Below are positions 52,301 through 64,000 of a stretch of 64,000 nucleotides of DNA, piece after piece (the stretch's first letter is position 1; each line of letters starts with the position of its first letter). The notes under the pieces are model-generated. The model saw only the letters and a list, made by a program, of their open reading frames with translations. It made no database searches and was not told where the DNA came from. A program made the translations under genes and the position numbers. Source of the DNA: Camelus dromedarius (Eukaryota); the NCBI RefSeq assembly GCF_036321535.1, contig NC_087436.1, positions 434,001 to 498,000 of the forward strand, in the 5' to 3' direction.

Positions 52301-52494
52301 TATTTTAAAAAAAACCCCTCTTTAGATATTAAAACGTTCATTTCTGAGATTCTGTGAAAGACAGCATGGAAGTAGGTTATTAAGATTTTCTCCTTGTTCC
52401 TCGGTGAGCAGCCTGGGCTGCACAGCTTGGCCGCCACAGGCCCCCAGGACTTGCCGGCTTGCTCCTCACTTGTTGGGAGGAAGATTAGCTGCTT

Positions 52495-52812
52495 CAGGAA
52501 TATTTATGTTCTTAGAAGTTGCTGAAAACCCCACAGAGCTTCTGTTTAAATGGAGTGTATCTGTCAATATACCCCATTATAGAAATTAGAACAGAAAATT
52601 TAAACCCAAGAACTGACAAGCACACGCTGCCCCAGCACGTGTTCAAAGTAGTGCTGCCACGGTGGCGTGTGTTGGTTCTAGAAAAAATGCACCATACAGT
52701 CAAGAATGAGGGTGAACCCACAGATCTCATCTCAGCAATGCTATGAAGAGGTGGGACCCAAAGCCCCTAAAACAGTGCTGAAGTCCCCAGAAGTCCCAGA
52801 ACACACAGAGCC
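52495..52812. mobile_element. hAT-Charlie1-like DNA transposon fragment
   Basis: accccacagagcttctgtttaaatggagtgtatctgtcaatat..tagaaattagaacagaaaattt resembles Charlie1. Confidence 0.6.
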
Positions 52813-53329
52813 ATGGGACCAAGAATCCAGTGTCTCATGGATCATCAGCTGTGGAGACCGCGTCCTGGGTCAGGAGGAGTAGAATTAGGGATAGAAGGCA
52901 CACAGTCCTATTGACAGCAAAGCTTTAAAGGTTTTGAATTGACTGAAAGTTTGGCAAAGATTTGCATTTAGACTACTACATTTCCTCTCCTGGAGACGTT
53001 AGAAGGAAAACACTGATTAATAGAGGATGATTGTAATGGATTAATTATGATACTGATGACATGGGCTGTGAACACTAACCCTGCACTCAGTGTAGACTAA
53101 GCCTTTTATGTACACAATTCATTAGGTCTCCACACCCCTGCAACGTGGCATTAAGCACTCATACAACCATGAAACCAGTGACTATAAAACAGTCACAAGC
53201 CTTCCTCTCCAGCATGAGGTAGCAAAACCAGTAAGGGTTTTCAATGACAAAAGCCAAAATCATATATTTTTGGGAAAGAAAGCAAATGAAACACTGAAGA
53301 ACAATAAACCAAAAGAGCAGATGGAATGG

Positions 53330-53850
53330 AAAATTTTATTGAAGAAAGCAATGATTGATTCAATTAAAACAGCTAATGTCCCTGGTATAATTGAACCATC
53401 AATCCAAATTTTTGGAAAAGTGGGTTGTGAAATTACTGTTTCATTTAATATTGGAATTCTTATTTGGACCAATTTGATATGCACCACTGGTGTGAGGTTA
53501 GATATTTAGGTAAATAACAATATTCCTATTTTTTAAGTTAACAGGAAACATAACACAGGACTCCAGATTTAGGGAGAGAATGCAAAAAACTACTATCATA
53601 TTCCATCCAGTAAGGACAAGTGTCCCTGCGTCACCAAAGCAATGAGAATTTGCACAAAGAAAACACAGTTCCAATTGTGACAAATACGAGACCGTGAGCC
53701 ATGAGTTACGAGAACAAGCAACTGTTTAAATGCCATGGGCAAATTTTTTTTATCATCTTGAAAACATCACTGATGTTCTAGGTAAGAAAAAGAATTGTTT
53801 TACTAGCAAATCCAACTGACACGGGAGTTTTTCCAAGTGAGAAGGTGATT
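53330..53850 (+). mobile_element. Ancient CR1/L3-like LINE reverse-transcriptase remnant
   Basis: Degenerate peptides occur in CR1 order across frameshifts: IDSIKTANVPG..GCEI..NNIPIF..(Y)HPVRTSVP..DKY..LENITDVLGK, compared with KSPGPDG..ANVTPIFKKG..YRPVSLTSVPGK..FFEGVT..VDKG. Confidence 0.5.
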
Positions 53851-56800
53851 CCAAAAAGTGCAGTAAAATGAGTAAAGATGATCTGCGCAGTGACGGAGAT
53901 GGTCTTAGACTAACCAGCACCACGGTTCCCGGTTTTACACTTGCTCTCTGCTCATCACCTCTGACACAAGAACTCATCAAATGATTGTTTTTTCTTTAGG
54001 GAAAAAAAGATAAATAAAATCTAAATACAAGATGTGGTATGTAAAGCGGTAATGAAGTTTTCTAACCTTATAATGCAGCCAGTGTAATGTAGCACTTATT
54101 CGGGCACTAGAATTTTTTAATTTATTTCTTTTATACCCTATTTCTATCCTAAAGGAGACACTTAAAGTTTTCTACTTTATTCAACGTATCTTGTGAGGGT
54201 TGTGATATACACTGGTATGGCAGTTTTAAGAGATTCAAAATCGCCTCTTTGGTTGTGGTCAGGAAAGACAGGCTCCCTCACAGCTGCGACGGAGAAGGAA
54301 TCCCCGGAGTCAGCCTCCGGGCAGCTTCCGAACCGCATCTGCTTGCACTTGGCACAGGACACCATAAGCAAGTGTAACTCTGACAAGGAGATTTCCCCAG
54401 GGACTTGGGAGGTGCTCTAACATTCTGAAGCCACTTGTTTCCCAGTTAGGTAAGGGTTGGAAAAATAGTTTATTAGAAGTGACTCCCTTTGTATGTGCCT
54501 TTTGTCCTGAGTGGTCACTAATTAGCATAGAATATGAAATACCCCATAATATAAGAATTTAGGCAAAACATCTTTCCATCTACCTGTCTATTTGTTTATC
54601 ATATTTATAGTTAGGTTACATTTTCTATGACGTTCACTTCCGGGCACCAGAAAAGAAAGGTTACAAAATATTTATTGTCAATAGGGGGGACTGGGTCTAA
54701 GGATTAAAAACCACTCCTGCTAACAATAAAAACCATATAATAATTTTAATCTCAGTTGCATCAGACCTTCCAGAATTACTCCTTCAATTTCACTGTTAAA
54801 ACAGTAATGGAATCTCTGTTCTTCCAAGACTCGGGCCTGATCGCCACCCATCCAGACATCTGTCTGTGGGTCCCTACTTGTCCTCGAGGCCCCCGAACAC
54901 ACCTTATGGGGTGAACTTTCTTCAGTGTCCCTACTGTAGGGGAAACCAGGAAGTCCCAGGCACTATCCAGGATTCACACCTACCTGCAAAAATCAAAGTC
55001 ATGTGACTGAAACGGGACAACCCAGGTGGAGTTATAGGACTGAAAGCTCACCAAAAAACAGGTTTGGGGGCCTAACACAAGCCCTCCAGCTCCTAAAATG
55101 AAGAAGGACAGGGAGTCCCAATTAGCCACGAGACTGGGGGGCTTCATTACTCCATGAATAAATGATTTGTTCCAGTGCCACCTTTAGACAGGGAACCCCA
55201 GAACCCAAACTTGGAAGCACCCCGTCCCCTCCCCTCTGAACAAATATTCTCTAAAGTCACGTAGTGAGAGATGGGAGCCCCGATGAGCTCTGGAATAAGA
55301 TGCAATCTGAAAGACTGCTGGTAACAAATGGTGTGGAGCTCGGGCAGCCCCCAGGGCCACCAGCCCTTCTGGTACCCACACTTCCATCCACAACAGTTTC
55401 TTCAGGACCCTTATGCACACATAACCATCAAACAAAAATGATTGCTTAGACATATTTTAAGAGAAATAACATGAGAATGCCAAATTCAAGACAAGTCAGA
55501 ATCAAGACCCCAGAGTATTTACTGAATGAGATCTCACGTGTGCTCCACAGTGAGCTTTAAACCCTTAGGACACAGTCATGGAACAGTAGGCATTTTCTTT
55601 CTTTCCTCCAAGCTGGCTTTACTGCAAAACTCAAACACAGGAAGACTCTGGATCCCACCTCTACTACTTACACAAAGGGCTCATCTCACCATTTGGAGTG
55701 GGATCAGCGATGGTGCGGCCGGCTTCAATGTGCGCACTGCCGTGCCCAGCTCCCCGAGGAGCAGAGCTCCCCCCACGGGAACTGCAGTGCCTGCAAGAAT
55801 CAGGTGTCTGATGAGTGAGCCTGGGGCGGGCAAGACAGGAAGCAAGCACCGCTTCCTCACACTCTGCAGGTGATCTCTGTGTCATCTTGAATAAATACAG
55901 TCAGCATTAAAGATGTTTGGCAAGAGGGTAAAAGTTAAGGCCTCCCCAAATCTCCTCACATTCCTTTAGTGGGAGTCCTGTTAAAACACATGGTGACAAG
56001 AGACGCTGGCTTTACATGCGCACGTTGCCCTCAGGGCTGCAGGTGAGGCCACGGTGCTGCCTCCGCCCCACCTCCTGCCCTCGTCCCCCAGACCTCACAG
56101 GGGCCGCTGACTCATTTCTCTGACTTTCTCTCCTTGGTATTGCTGCTCTTCCAGCTTTTAAGAGCTATAAGAACCTCACCAGAAAATCTTTAACAATGAA
56201 AGCAAATCAAATGAAATCAACCACAGAAACACACTGCCTTCATCATTACTTTACATTTTAGGAAGAAATTCTTGAAGACGACTCCCTGACCTGAAGGGAT
56301 GAATGGAGGAGAAAAGAAAAGAAGACAAGCATTTTTGGCCCACAAAAAATGAAAGGTAACCAGATGGTGGCTAGTTTTCATTGCACCTCTCTGCCCGCCC
56401 CAATTTCACATGCCCCTCCCAACTCAACTCATCAGAAATCGACTGAAGGAGACGGCTTTGCAAATTTATTGGAAGCCAAAGAAATCGCTCCAGAAACAGT
56501 CTCCCAAACCCAGCGAGAACACTGTAAACTGACCAGTGCCAGGATCTGAATACTAAAACACACAGATTCAAACTCCGACACCCTCCCTGGTGGGTGTACT
56601 TACCGTGAAGGTGTTGCCGTGAAATTTGTCAGCATCCAACATATAAAAATGAATGGGACACCAGTTTTCAACATCACAGTCCCTCTGAAACAACTGGTAG
56701 TCAATTAGCGTTTGTCGGCAGCAAAAGTCGATTTTCTCCCCTGCACGTGGAGATCAACACACAGAAGAGACTGATGATCCCCGCTGCGAGTGTAGCTAAG

Positions 56801-57879
56801 TGTGTCTAAGCAAACTGGCTCCATCAGCCTCCTGATGAGCAGGGGAGTGTGTGAGCCGCGGGGCTCTGCAGACTAATGGCCAGGCATTGAGGGCGCTTCC
56901 TTACTTTGGGGAGAAAAACGCGGAAGCAGCACTCGCTGTAAATAAATTCTAATTAAAATTTCAGGTGCAGTTACTGCAGCATAACCCAGGCCAATAGATG
57001 AGGCTCCCTCCGTGCTGTCCAGTCATGTGAGCCAGGCTCATTATTGTACCTGTGTGTTTGGTTTAGCAAGTGAATCATGTCTGTTTTCTGGAAATTACAT
57101 TAGGGTGGAAAACCTTCCAAACATGTTCATTTATTTGCTGTGGAATTTGTTTAATACTCAAGAACATTTACAATGACAACCTTCTTAAATAAGCATCTTT
57201 GCCCGAGAGACATTTCCAGGCACATGTGCCAAAACCTAGGACAACCCAGAAGCAAAATCAAATCCGTTTCAGCTGCACAGCACCACAGAATGCGTCCAGT
57301 TTGCGAGTCAACGATTTTTTTCTCCACACCCTTTTACACTTCTGCCCAAATTAATCAGCCTCTGCTTCTCTTGTATAGTGAGTATCGTATGACTCATCTT
57401 CTCTGCCTGTAAAATGGAAATGGGAGATAGTTCTACCCAATAAAATGTCATAGAACTAACCACCAAAATTATATATATTAAAAAAAAAAAAGCCAGTGCT
57501 TTATGCTGTCCAGGGATATGAATCATTTATTTAATGTGTCAATTGTTACAAGAATAAACTTTTCTAAATGTAAAACCTCCTCAGAAATCTTCAAGTACTT
57601 TTCAAGAAAAATATCACAGAAAATTTCTGAAAAGTATTTAAAGGAAAACCATTTTTAACTGAATCATATTCTAGGCACACTGAATAAATTCTCTTTAGAG
57701 AACTCCTACTTTTTTTTTAAATAAATGAACTATAAAAATACACCCAGCATTAATCAGTAAATCTTCATTCCTTATTTTTAAAATTCTTAAGGCATGCTAT
57801 TTTTCTTAAATCAAATGAGGAGGTATTCTCAAGCCAATGGACAACGGAATTACCTAAGAGGACATTATAAACCAGCAAG

Positions 57880-58075
57880 AGCAACTAGCACTTTGCCAAG
57901 CATTCTGCCTGAGAGTCACTCGTACCATCTCATTTTGACCTGACCACTTGGAGGTGAGCTCCATCAGCCCATTTAACACATGAAGAAACTGAGGCTGTAG
58001 GTGGTCATGTTTCCAGTACTTGATGGAACCAGGATCCAAACCCGGATCTTTGTCTATAGAGCCTGCGCCTTTACC
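57880..58075 (-). mobile_element. MIR SINE
   Basis: cccatttaacacatgaagaaactgaggctgtagg..ggaaccaggatccaaacccgg. Confidence 0.7.
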
Positions 58076-59124
58076 AGATCACACTTAACATTTCTCACAC
58101 TTCAAATGCACTCAGTCCCCGAAGTAACACACCTTCCTTGCGTTTCTGAGAATTTTAGGAAGTACTGAATTACAAGGACTAAGAAGTCATTTGTGTGGGC
58201 TAATTTTTTATTTTCTGATTTTCCTGAATCAGCTCAGGCTGAATTCATACTACTTACGAGGAGAAGTCCTGAGGCAGAGGAGAGAGGGGAAGATAAGACA
58301 GACATAAACAATTTCAAGAGATCCAATTCATCAAGGAAGCAAAGTATTAAATAAACCACTTCAGCTACACGCTTGTCAATAAACCTTGGTGTCTCTGTCT
58401 CAGCCTGAAGGAGGGTAAGCCCTCCAACCCATCTGCCTTCCAGCCACTTACCCTGGATGATCTTGGTTCCCTCACCTGTGACACGTGTGTTCTCCAGGGA
58501 ATCTTTGTAGAGATTAAATGATAAAAATATATGCAAAGGGGATACTTATTTGTTAGACAGTAGGCACTAAACAAATAATAAAATTATTTTATTTCATGAA
58601 AATGGGAGGTAGGTCTCCCAATTAAACATTCCTGATAGAATCCCAACAAGGACTTTAATTTATCTGCCAGAAATTGTAAAATAACTTTTCTTTTTTAAAG
58701 GCTGTATCCATTCTCCCTACTTTTTACCAATCCTGGCTGTTATCCTGAAAATCTATTCCCAGAACTTGGCATCCATCTCCCATATTTAAATCCTTAAAGT
58801 TTGAAATTATGATGAAGCTTGGGCACATAAAGATTCACACCATAATTCACAGAATAAACAAAGACCACAGGAACAGGGCCACTTCCAGACCCCATGTGCT
58901 CAGGACAGTCTCCAAACTTCATAAAATCAGATGCATGCTGTTTGAATAGAAAGAAAATTGAATGTGATCAAGGAGGCTGACATAGAGCACTGGCCGGCTC
59001 ACGAGACGACTCCTTCACCCCTCATCTGACTTAAGTCATCTAACAGTTATCAGTTGACCTCTAACTAAAAGTAAAACAGGGGTAGGGTTGGAAAGTAACA
59101 TTTTTTCCTACAATATATACATAT

Positions 59125-59577
59125 TGTCAACTAAAAATTGGCACTTGTCATCTGCCTCTGATTTGATTAAGTCATGAGCCGCTGCAGCTGCTGACCTTGA
59201 ACACCCTCTGAAAGTAGTTCAGGGTGGAGATCAGGAATGGGGCGCTCTGTGCTCTGGGAAAATGGGCAGAAAATCTTTCAGATAGTTAGACATTTTCAGG
59301 AAATTTTATGAGCCCAAATTCTTGCATCTCCTCCTATCTAGAAAAGCACTAAAATCATTAACAGAGACACCTGTTCCTCGAATAGCAGCAGCCTCTGACT
59401 TAACGTATACTTGACTGCACGTCAGCATTCAATGAAATCTCATATAATGCTGAACTCCCCCTCAAATTCAGAGCAGTTCCTCCGAGCTCTCTGAGATGCT
59501 GACACCTGGGCTCTGGTCCTCATTTTGCCCCAGATAAAACTTAACCCACAACTCTCACGTTGTGTGTTTTAACGACA
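59125..59577 (+). mobile_element. Solo MER41-like ERV1 LTR
   Basis: TG...CA termini. Shares agaaaagcactaaa and gagcagt.cctc.gag...tctgaga...ataaaac.taac motifs with the provirus LTRs. TSD imperfect (atat/gtac). Confidence 0.85.
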
Positions 59578-60984
59578 GTACCACAAAAATTAAGCTTACA
59601 TACTTGGACTCATAGTAAACTTTCAGTATCAAACATTTCTTGACTTAAATTACTTTTTAAAAGTAAATAATTATTCCATTTTTTAAATATAGCATCTTTA
59701 AATATAAAGTAACAGATATTTGTGAATCTTAGGAAAATATATTCTGGAAAAATTTTTAGCTAATTAATAAAAAAGCTATTGTGTGGAGTTATAGAAATTC
59801 AGAAGTGGAAAAGAATAGTATTGTAACTCAACTTCTTGTTTTAATTGCAGAGATCCCGAGGCCTCAATAGACACATAAATTTGCCTGATTTTATACACTG
59901 TCCTTTAACAGAAAACCTAGAACTAAGATCCTGGTCTTTGAGAAACCAAGACTTGTTCTGCTTGTGCAGGGCTGAATCTGATGAAATTGGGTGGTGAGAA
60001 ATAACCAGAATGCGGGGGGCTGGGCGAGGCAGTGGAGGAAAGGAGGGTCTCACCTGGTCGTGGGTGAGAAATAGGCTCCCACAGTGCTGGTGTGATGGGC
60101 ATCCCCCAAGTGCCTGAAAACTACTATTTAGCACACCTGCCACCGAAACGCACACAAGCTGTTTAACTAAAAGGCTGACCAGGAGGCTTTCTCAGTGACA
60201 CAACAAGCTATTTTCATGTAACTCTACAACTACAGGAAGAGAAAGAATAGAAAGCTGATATTAATTATTAATAATTTACACCAATAGCCAAGGAATTTCC
60301 AGGAGAAATATAAAGACTTGTTGGAAGTTTCATTATGTGAACTTACTGCCAATTCAATTGTCTTAAAAGTTGTTCTATAAATTATATTGTCCTTTGCTGT
60401 TAAAAATCACATTTGAAAGAAATAATGTTTCTTAACGGTGTTTCTGGAGTTTTCTTCTATTTCCTAACACCAAATCTCAGAGCTTTAAAGAAATGGAGGG
60501 TTGGAATTTTGTCCACTCTTCTCTAGGCAATTTGTTGTTCCTTCAAAGAACAAGGGGGGAATCACACAGAAAAGCATTTGAGCATCAGGCTGCTTACATT
60601 TCCTCTGGAAGTCTTGGAAAATAACGTGGAAATGAACAGCAGGACAGCAACCTGGCGGGAGGGTCACTGGCTAGAAGGTGATAACAAATGTGTTCTCCAA
60701 CGTGCTCTGGTAGCCACTAGTTTAAATGAACCGAGCAATTGTTCAAGCATACACGCACCTCTACGTGAAAATCTCAACCGTTACCAACCGCTCAGTGCAG
60801 CCCAAAGCAATGGGCGGACTGCAGAGGCCCCCGGCGGCTCATCGTGGTGTCTTACACCATGTGCAGGATGATCGGTTCCTCCCCGCGCACTCCCTCCCCT
60901 CCCCTCGAGGGAGAAGGCTGGTCCTGAGTTGAGCTTACCTCATAGCAAGCTGTCTCTCAGCCCTCTGTCTAAAGCAAGATAAAA

Positions 60985-61298
60985 GCAGGAAAGCTACCTG
61001 GGACTTTACAGAACCATCCCAAAAGGGAACTGAAGCACCTTTCTTCCCTCCTCTCTGCTGCCTGGAATGTGGACCTGATGGTTGACCCTCAGGCAGCCAC
61101 TTTGGGCCATCAGGTTGATGGGCTGAAGATAACAGGCATCTTGTTCTCTGACCCAGGGGCCATCATGCAAACCAGCCCTGGGCTACCGATTGCTTGACTT
61201 CTTTATGTAAGAGGGAAATACAATTTTAGCATGTTTAAGCCACTGCTGTTATCTGGGGAACTAGGTGTTGTGCATTGCCATGGTAAGACCTAATAATA
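60985..61298 (+). mobile_element. MLT1-type MaLR LTR fragment
   Basis: ctgcctggaatgtggacctgatgg..gcagccactttg..accagccctgggctacc..tgtttaagccactg. Confidence 0.75.
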
Positions 61299-61949
61299 AA
61301 GTTCAATATTCACCAAAAACTCTTTACCAAATAGTTAATAAATGATAAAGAGATCTTGATTTTTGTTTTAAAGCTATGAAATTTAAATCAAGTTACAGCA
61401 TATGCCAGTAAAACAAGACACTGTGGAGATAAACAAAACAGAGTTTGTAGAACACAGTCCCAAAGCATCCTCCTCTCCAAGGCACAGAAAGACAGCAGTG
61501 ACTCTATGTGCCAAGGCTGGAGTCACATGGGATCCTTGTTTTCCTTGTCTTGGGTTATGTTTTGTTTCCAGCCTTGGGAAAAATGGATAAGACTGCTGGT
61601 CAAATCATTTCAGGAGCAGCTTCCATCATGTAGAACCCCAGTCTCTTCCTTTCCTCTGCCTCATGGAATGTTCTGACACAATATCAGTCCAGCCTTCTAA
61701 ATTGAGCAAATGGGGCTCAATCTGCTTTTAGACAGAGTTAAAAATAGACATTAAAAAGCATAACTAGGAAATCTTATCTTCCAGAGGTCATTGCACAGAT
61801 GAAATAGGAGAATATCTGTGAATCACTCTGTAAACACTAAGTACAATACAAACAATATTAGTACTGATTCTATGTTACATTCATCAATAAAGGAATACAG
61901 AACCCTTTCTTACCAGAAGGAAAAGGTGCTTTGTAATTTTCTGTCACTT

Positions 61950-63570
61950 TAATTCTTCAAAAGTTTCTATAAAATTGATGTCTTTAAAAAAATCAATGCA
62001 CATTAGGGACTAATTTTAAATCCTTCACATCCCCCGGTTTAACACATATCAAGAATGTTACCATTTCTAGATATTTTATTTAGGAAAGCCTTTGGTATAC
62101 ATGTGGCACAGAGCACGGCAAATTGTCAGTATCACTCAGGATAGGAAAACCATGTTGGATACCCGAAATTGAGGACATGAAGAAGATGCCTGACATGTCC
62201 CACTGACCTTTCAAGCTATTCTTTTTCAAACACTTGTTTCTTCTTGGTCCAGAACAGACACGCATTTGTTGATGTGAGACCCTTTAAGTGAAAAGGTCAA
62301 CCCATCATTGACACTTTAGAGAATGAAATCTTACCCTCCTCATCCATGTGGACATAGCATCCTTACTGATTCCGAACATAAAAAATGACAATTGATGACA
62401 TCTCAGGATGCTCCAATGCAGAGGTCCTCTGCTGCAGTGAGGAGGAAAGAGTCGTGTGCTTCAAGATGTACTTACTGTATTTAGCTCACTTGGCAAGACA
62501 CGGCAACTTGTCTAAGCTAAAGCTTAAAAGTGGCGAATAGAGAAAACATCCATGGCAAAGGGCATTCGGAGGCTAATTCCTTGGCCTCACTTCATCGCTT
62601 CTCAAGAGCCGTCGGCAATACCTTGAGAAAGGCAGCAACGTGGTACCCAAGACTTCAAAAAGCTGCACCTCCACTAGTTGACAGTAAAGCAAGTGTCATC
62701 TGGCTCAACAGATCTCCCTGTGTCTCTACAGTGTATGGCTACATTTTCTTAATTTTCTCGGTTGGGGGACACTCCATTTTTGAAAATCCCCCTCCCTGCA
62801 GTAGAAGTTCTTAGTTTCCCAATCAAAATGCAGGCTTGAAGGGGGGATAACAGAGCTGATAAAACATATATCACTATTTATTCCTTGATATATTATTGGC
62901 ACATGGACTAAAAATCTTTGGGTCAGTTGGACATCAAGATCATATCTAATTTACACAATTGTCAACTGTCATTTTACTACCAGCTCCTGAAACAGTCACG
63001 TGGTCACTAGGTTTTTTTTTTCCTTCCCTTGACACTGGATTTGATGATTTCTAACAAGACACAATAGATTTTTGAAAAGAAATCTGGTTCACCTTTTGTT
63101 TTTAAACTAATTTTGTGTACCTGACCCTGACTTCACTCTAACATTCACAAAAAGCTATCCAAGGACACCCACTTTTGACATCATCTCTAGATGTCTCGAA
63201 TAGACTGCTGAGCTGATTCTTCCAGATCATTAAAATATATATGCACATTATGCTGTGGTCCTCTTCAATTTGTGGTGTTTTCAGTAATCATTACCTCTTT
63301 GGATGCTTTATTACACATTTAACATTTCTTTATCCAATTCAGTTACATTAGTATATAAGATTTCAAAAGTACTGGTTTCTCAAAATGATGATATGTAAAA
63401 TCTATGGCCTTTTCTTAATCAAGTAATTCTATAAGGCTATCAAGGACAGCAGTGGAAGTTGTGTGTGGTGATTGCTGCTTCAGAGTCTCCGGTCCTGCCC
63501 CATGATCTTGCAGGTGTTTACGCATCCTTGTGAATGTCAACACATCAGTCTATTAGGAGCTGAAATTAAA
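61950..63570 (-). mobile_element. Ancient Ty3/Gypsy-like pol remnant (RT, RNase H, integrase Zn finger)
   Basis: Minus-strand order: TDVLTFTRMRKHLQD..ETLKQ..IELLD (RT, ~63550-63415), STSGGAAF*SLGYHVAAFLKVLPTALEKR*SEAKELA (RNase H, ~62685-62572), LKGQWDMSGI..SDTDNL/CATC (IN Zn finger, ~62215-62099). Confidence 0.6.
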
Positions 63571-63974
63571 CTACCTGGATGTTAATTTTTCTTTTAAAAA
63601 CAATAAACTCAATTTCCCCTACTAATTCTTTATTGTTTCTCATACTGAGGCTCACCACTTTTCCTAATATATATGTTTGGTGGGGAGGGGGCACAGCCCT
63701 GAAAGCCTGCAGACAGCACCCACTCTATAAGATTAACCAGAGGTGGCCGTGGATGTTGTGTGACTTCAGCCACTGAGCACGAGCACCTGCTGTCCCTCCA
63801 ACTGTTCTGCCTCCATTGCTGACAGTCCTGAAGGTCACTGCCTCTTGTAAAATTCTACAACATTACAGTTCATATATTTTTAAAAGGTATCAAATTGTGA
63901 AAGTCGTCTATTGATTGTGTAAAATGGGGGGTACTTGCCTTTGCTCATTTCAGGCTAAACTAAGTCCAGAAGGA

Positions 63975-64000
63975 CACACACACACACACAAACACACACA
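63975..64000. repeat. (CA)n microsatellite, truncated by the window end
   Basis: cacacacacacacacaaacacacaca. Confidence 0.9.

Noticed and set aside
62335..62431. Minus-strand exon-like segment (ctgcag|CAGAGG...GAGG|gtaag), phase-compatible with 56604-56740
   Set aside because: It contains a stop in the compatible frame and lies inside the Gypsy-like relic. The nearby upstream donor would need a 44-nt intron.

Overview
Mammalian (eutherian) genomic DNA, probably camelid judging from the short tRNA-derived SINEs (inference, not confirmed). No intact protein-coding gene is evident. Positions ~1-51 kb are an unprocessed, intron-containing, disabled copy of part of TRAPPC9 (NIBP) on the + strand. 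It has four consecutive exons (9484-9510, 17553-17673, 24415-24538, 48077-48290; exons 5-8 in human numbering as I recall it) carrying stops, frameshifts and a damaged acceptor. The next exon is not seen. At ~51-52.3 kb the strand composition and retroelement polarity flip, suggesting a duplication or inversion junction. The introns hold a 7.1 kb two-LTR non-autonomous ERV1 provirus (PBS-Arg, PPT, TSD, integrase remnant), three solo LTRs, nested L1s, SINEs and DNA transposons. The distal segment contains a MER41-like solo LTR and very old CR1-like and Gypsy-like pol remnants. The most interesting signals are (i) a possible resurrected ~118 aa ORF in the TRAPPC9 copy, from a frameshift-created ATG plus a stop codon that doubles as an in-frame splice acceptor, (ii) CpG retention in that exon, and (iii) an ancient Gypsy RT-RNaseH-IN relic. 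All homology calls are from memory and by eye; no searches were run.
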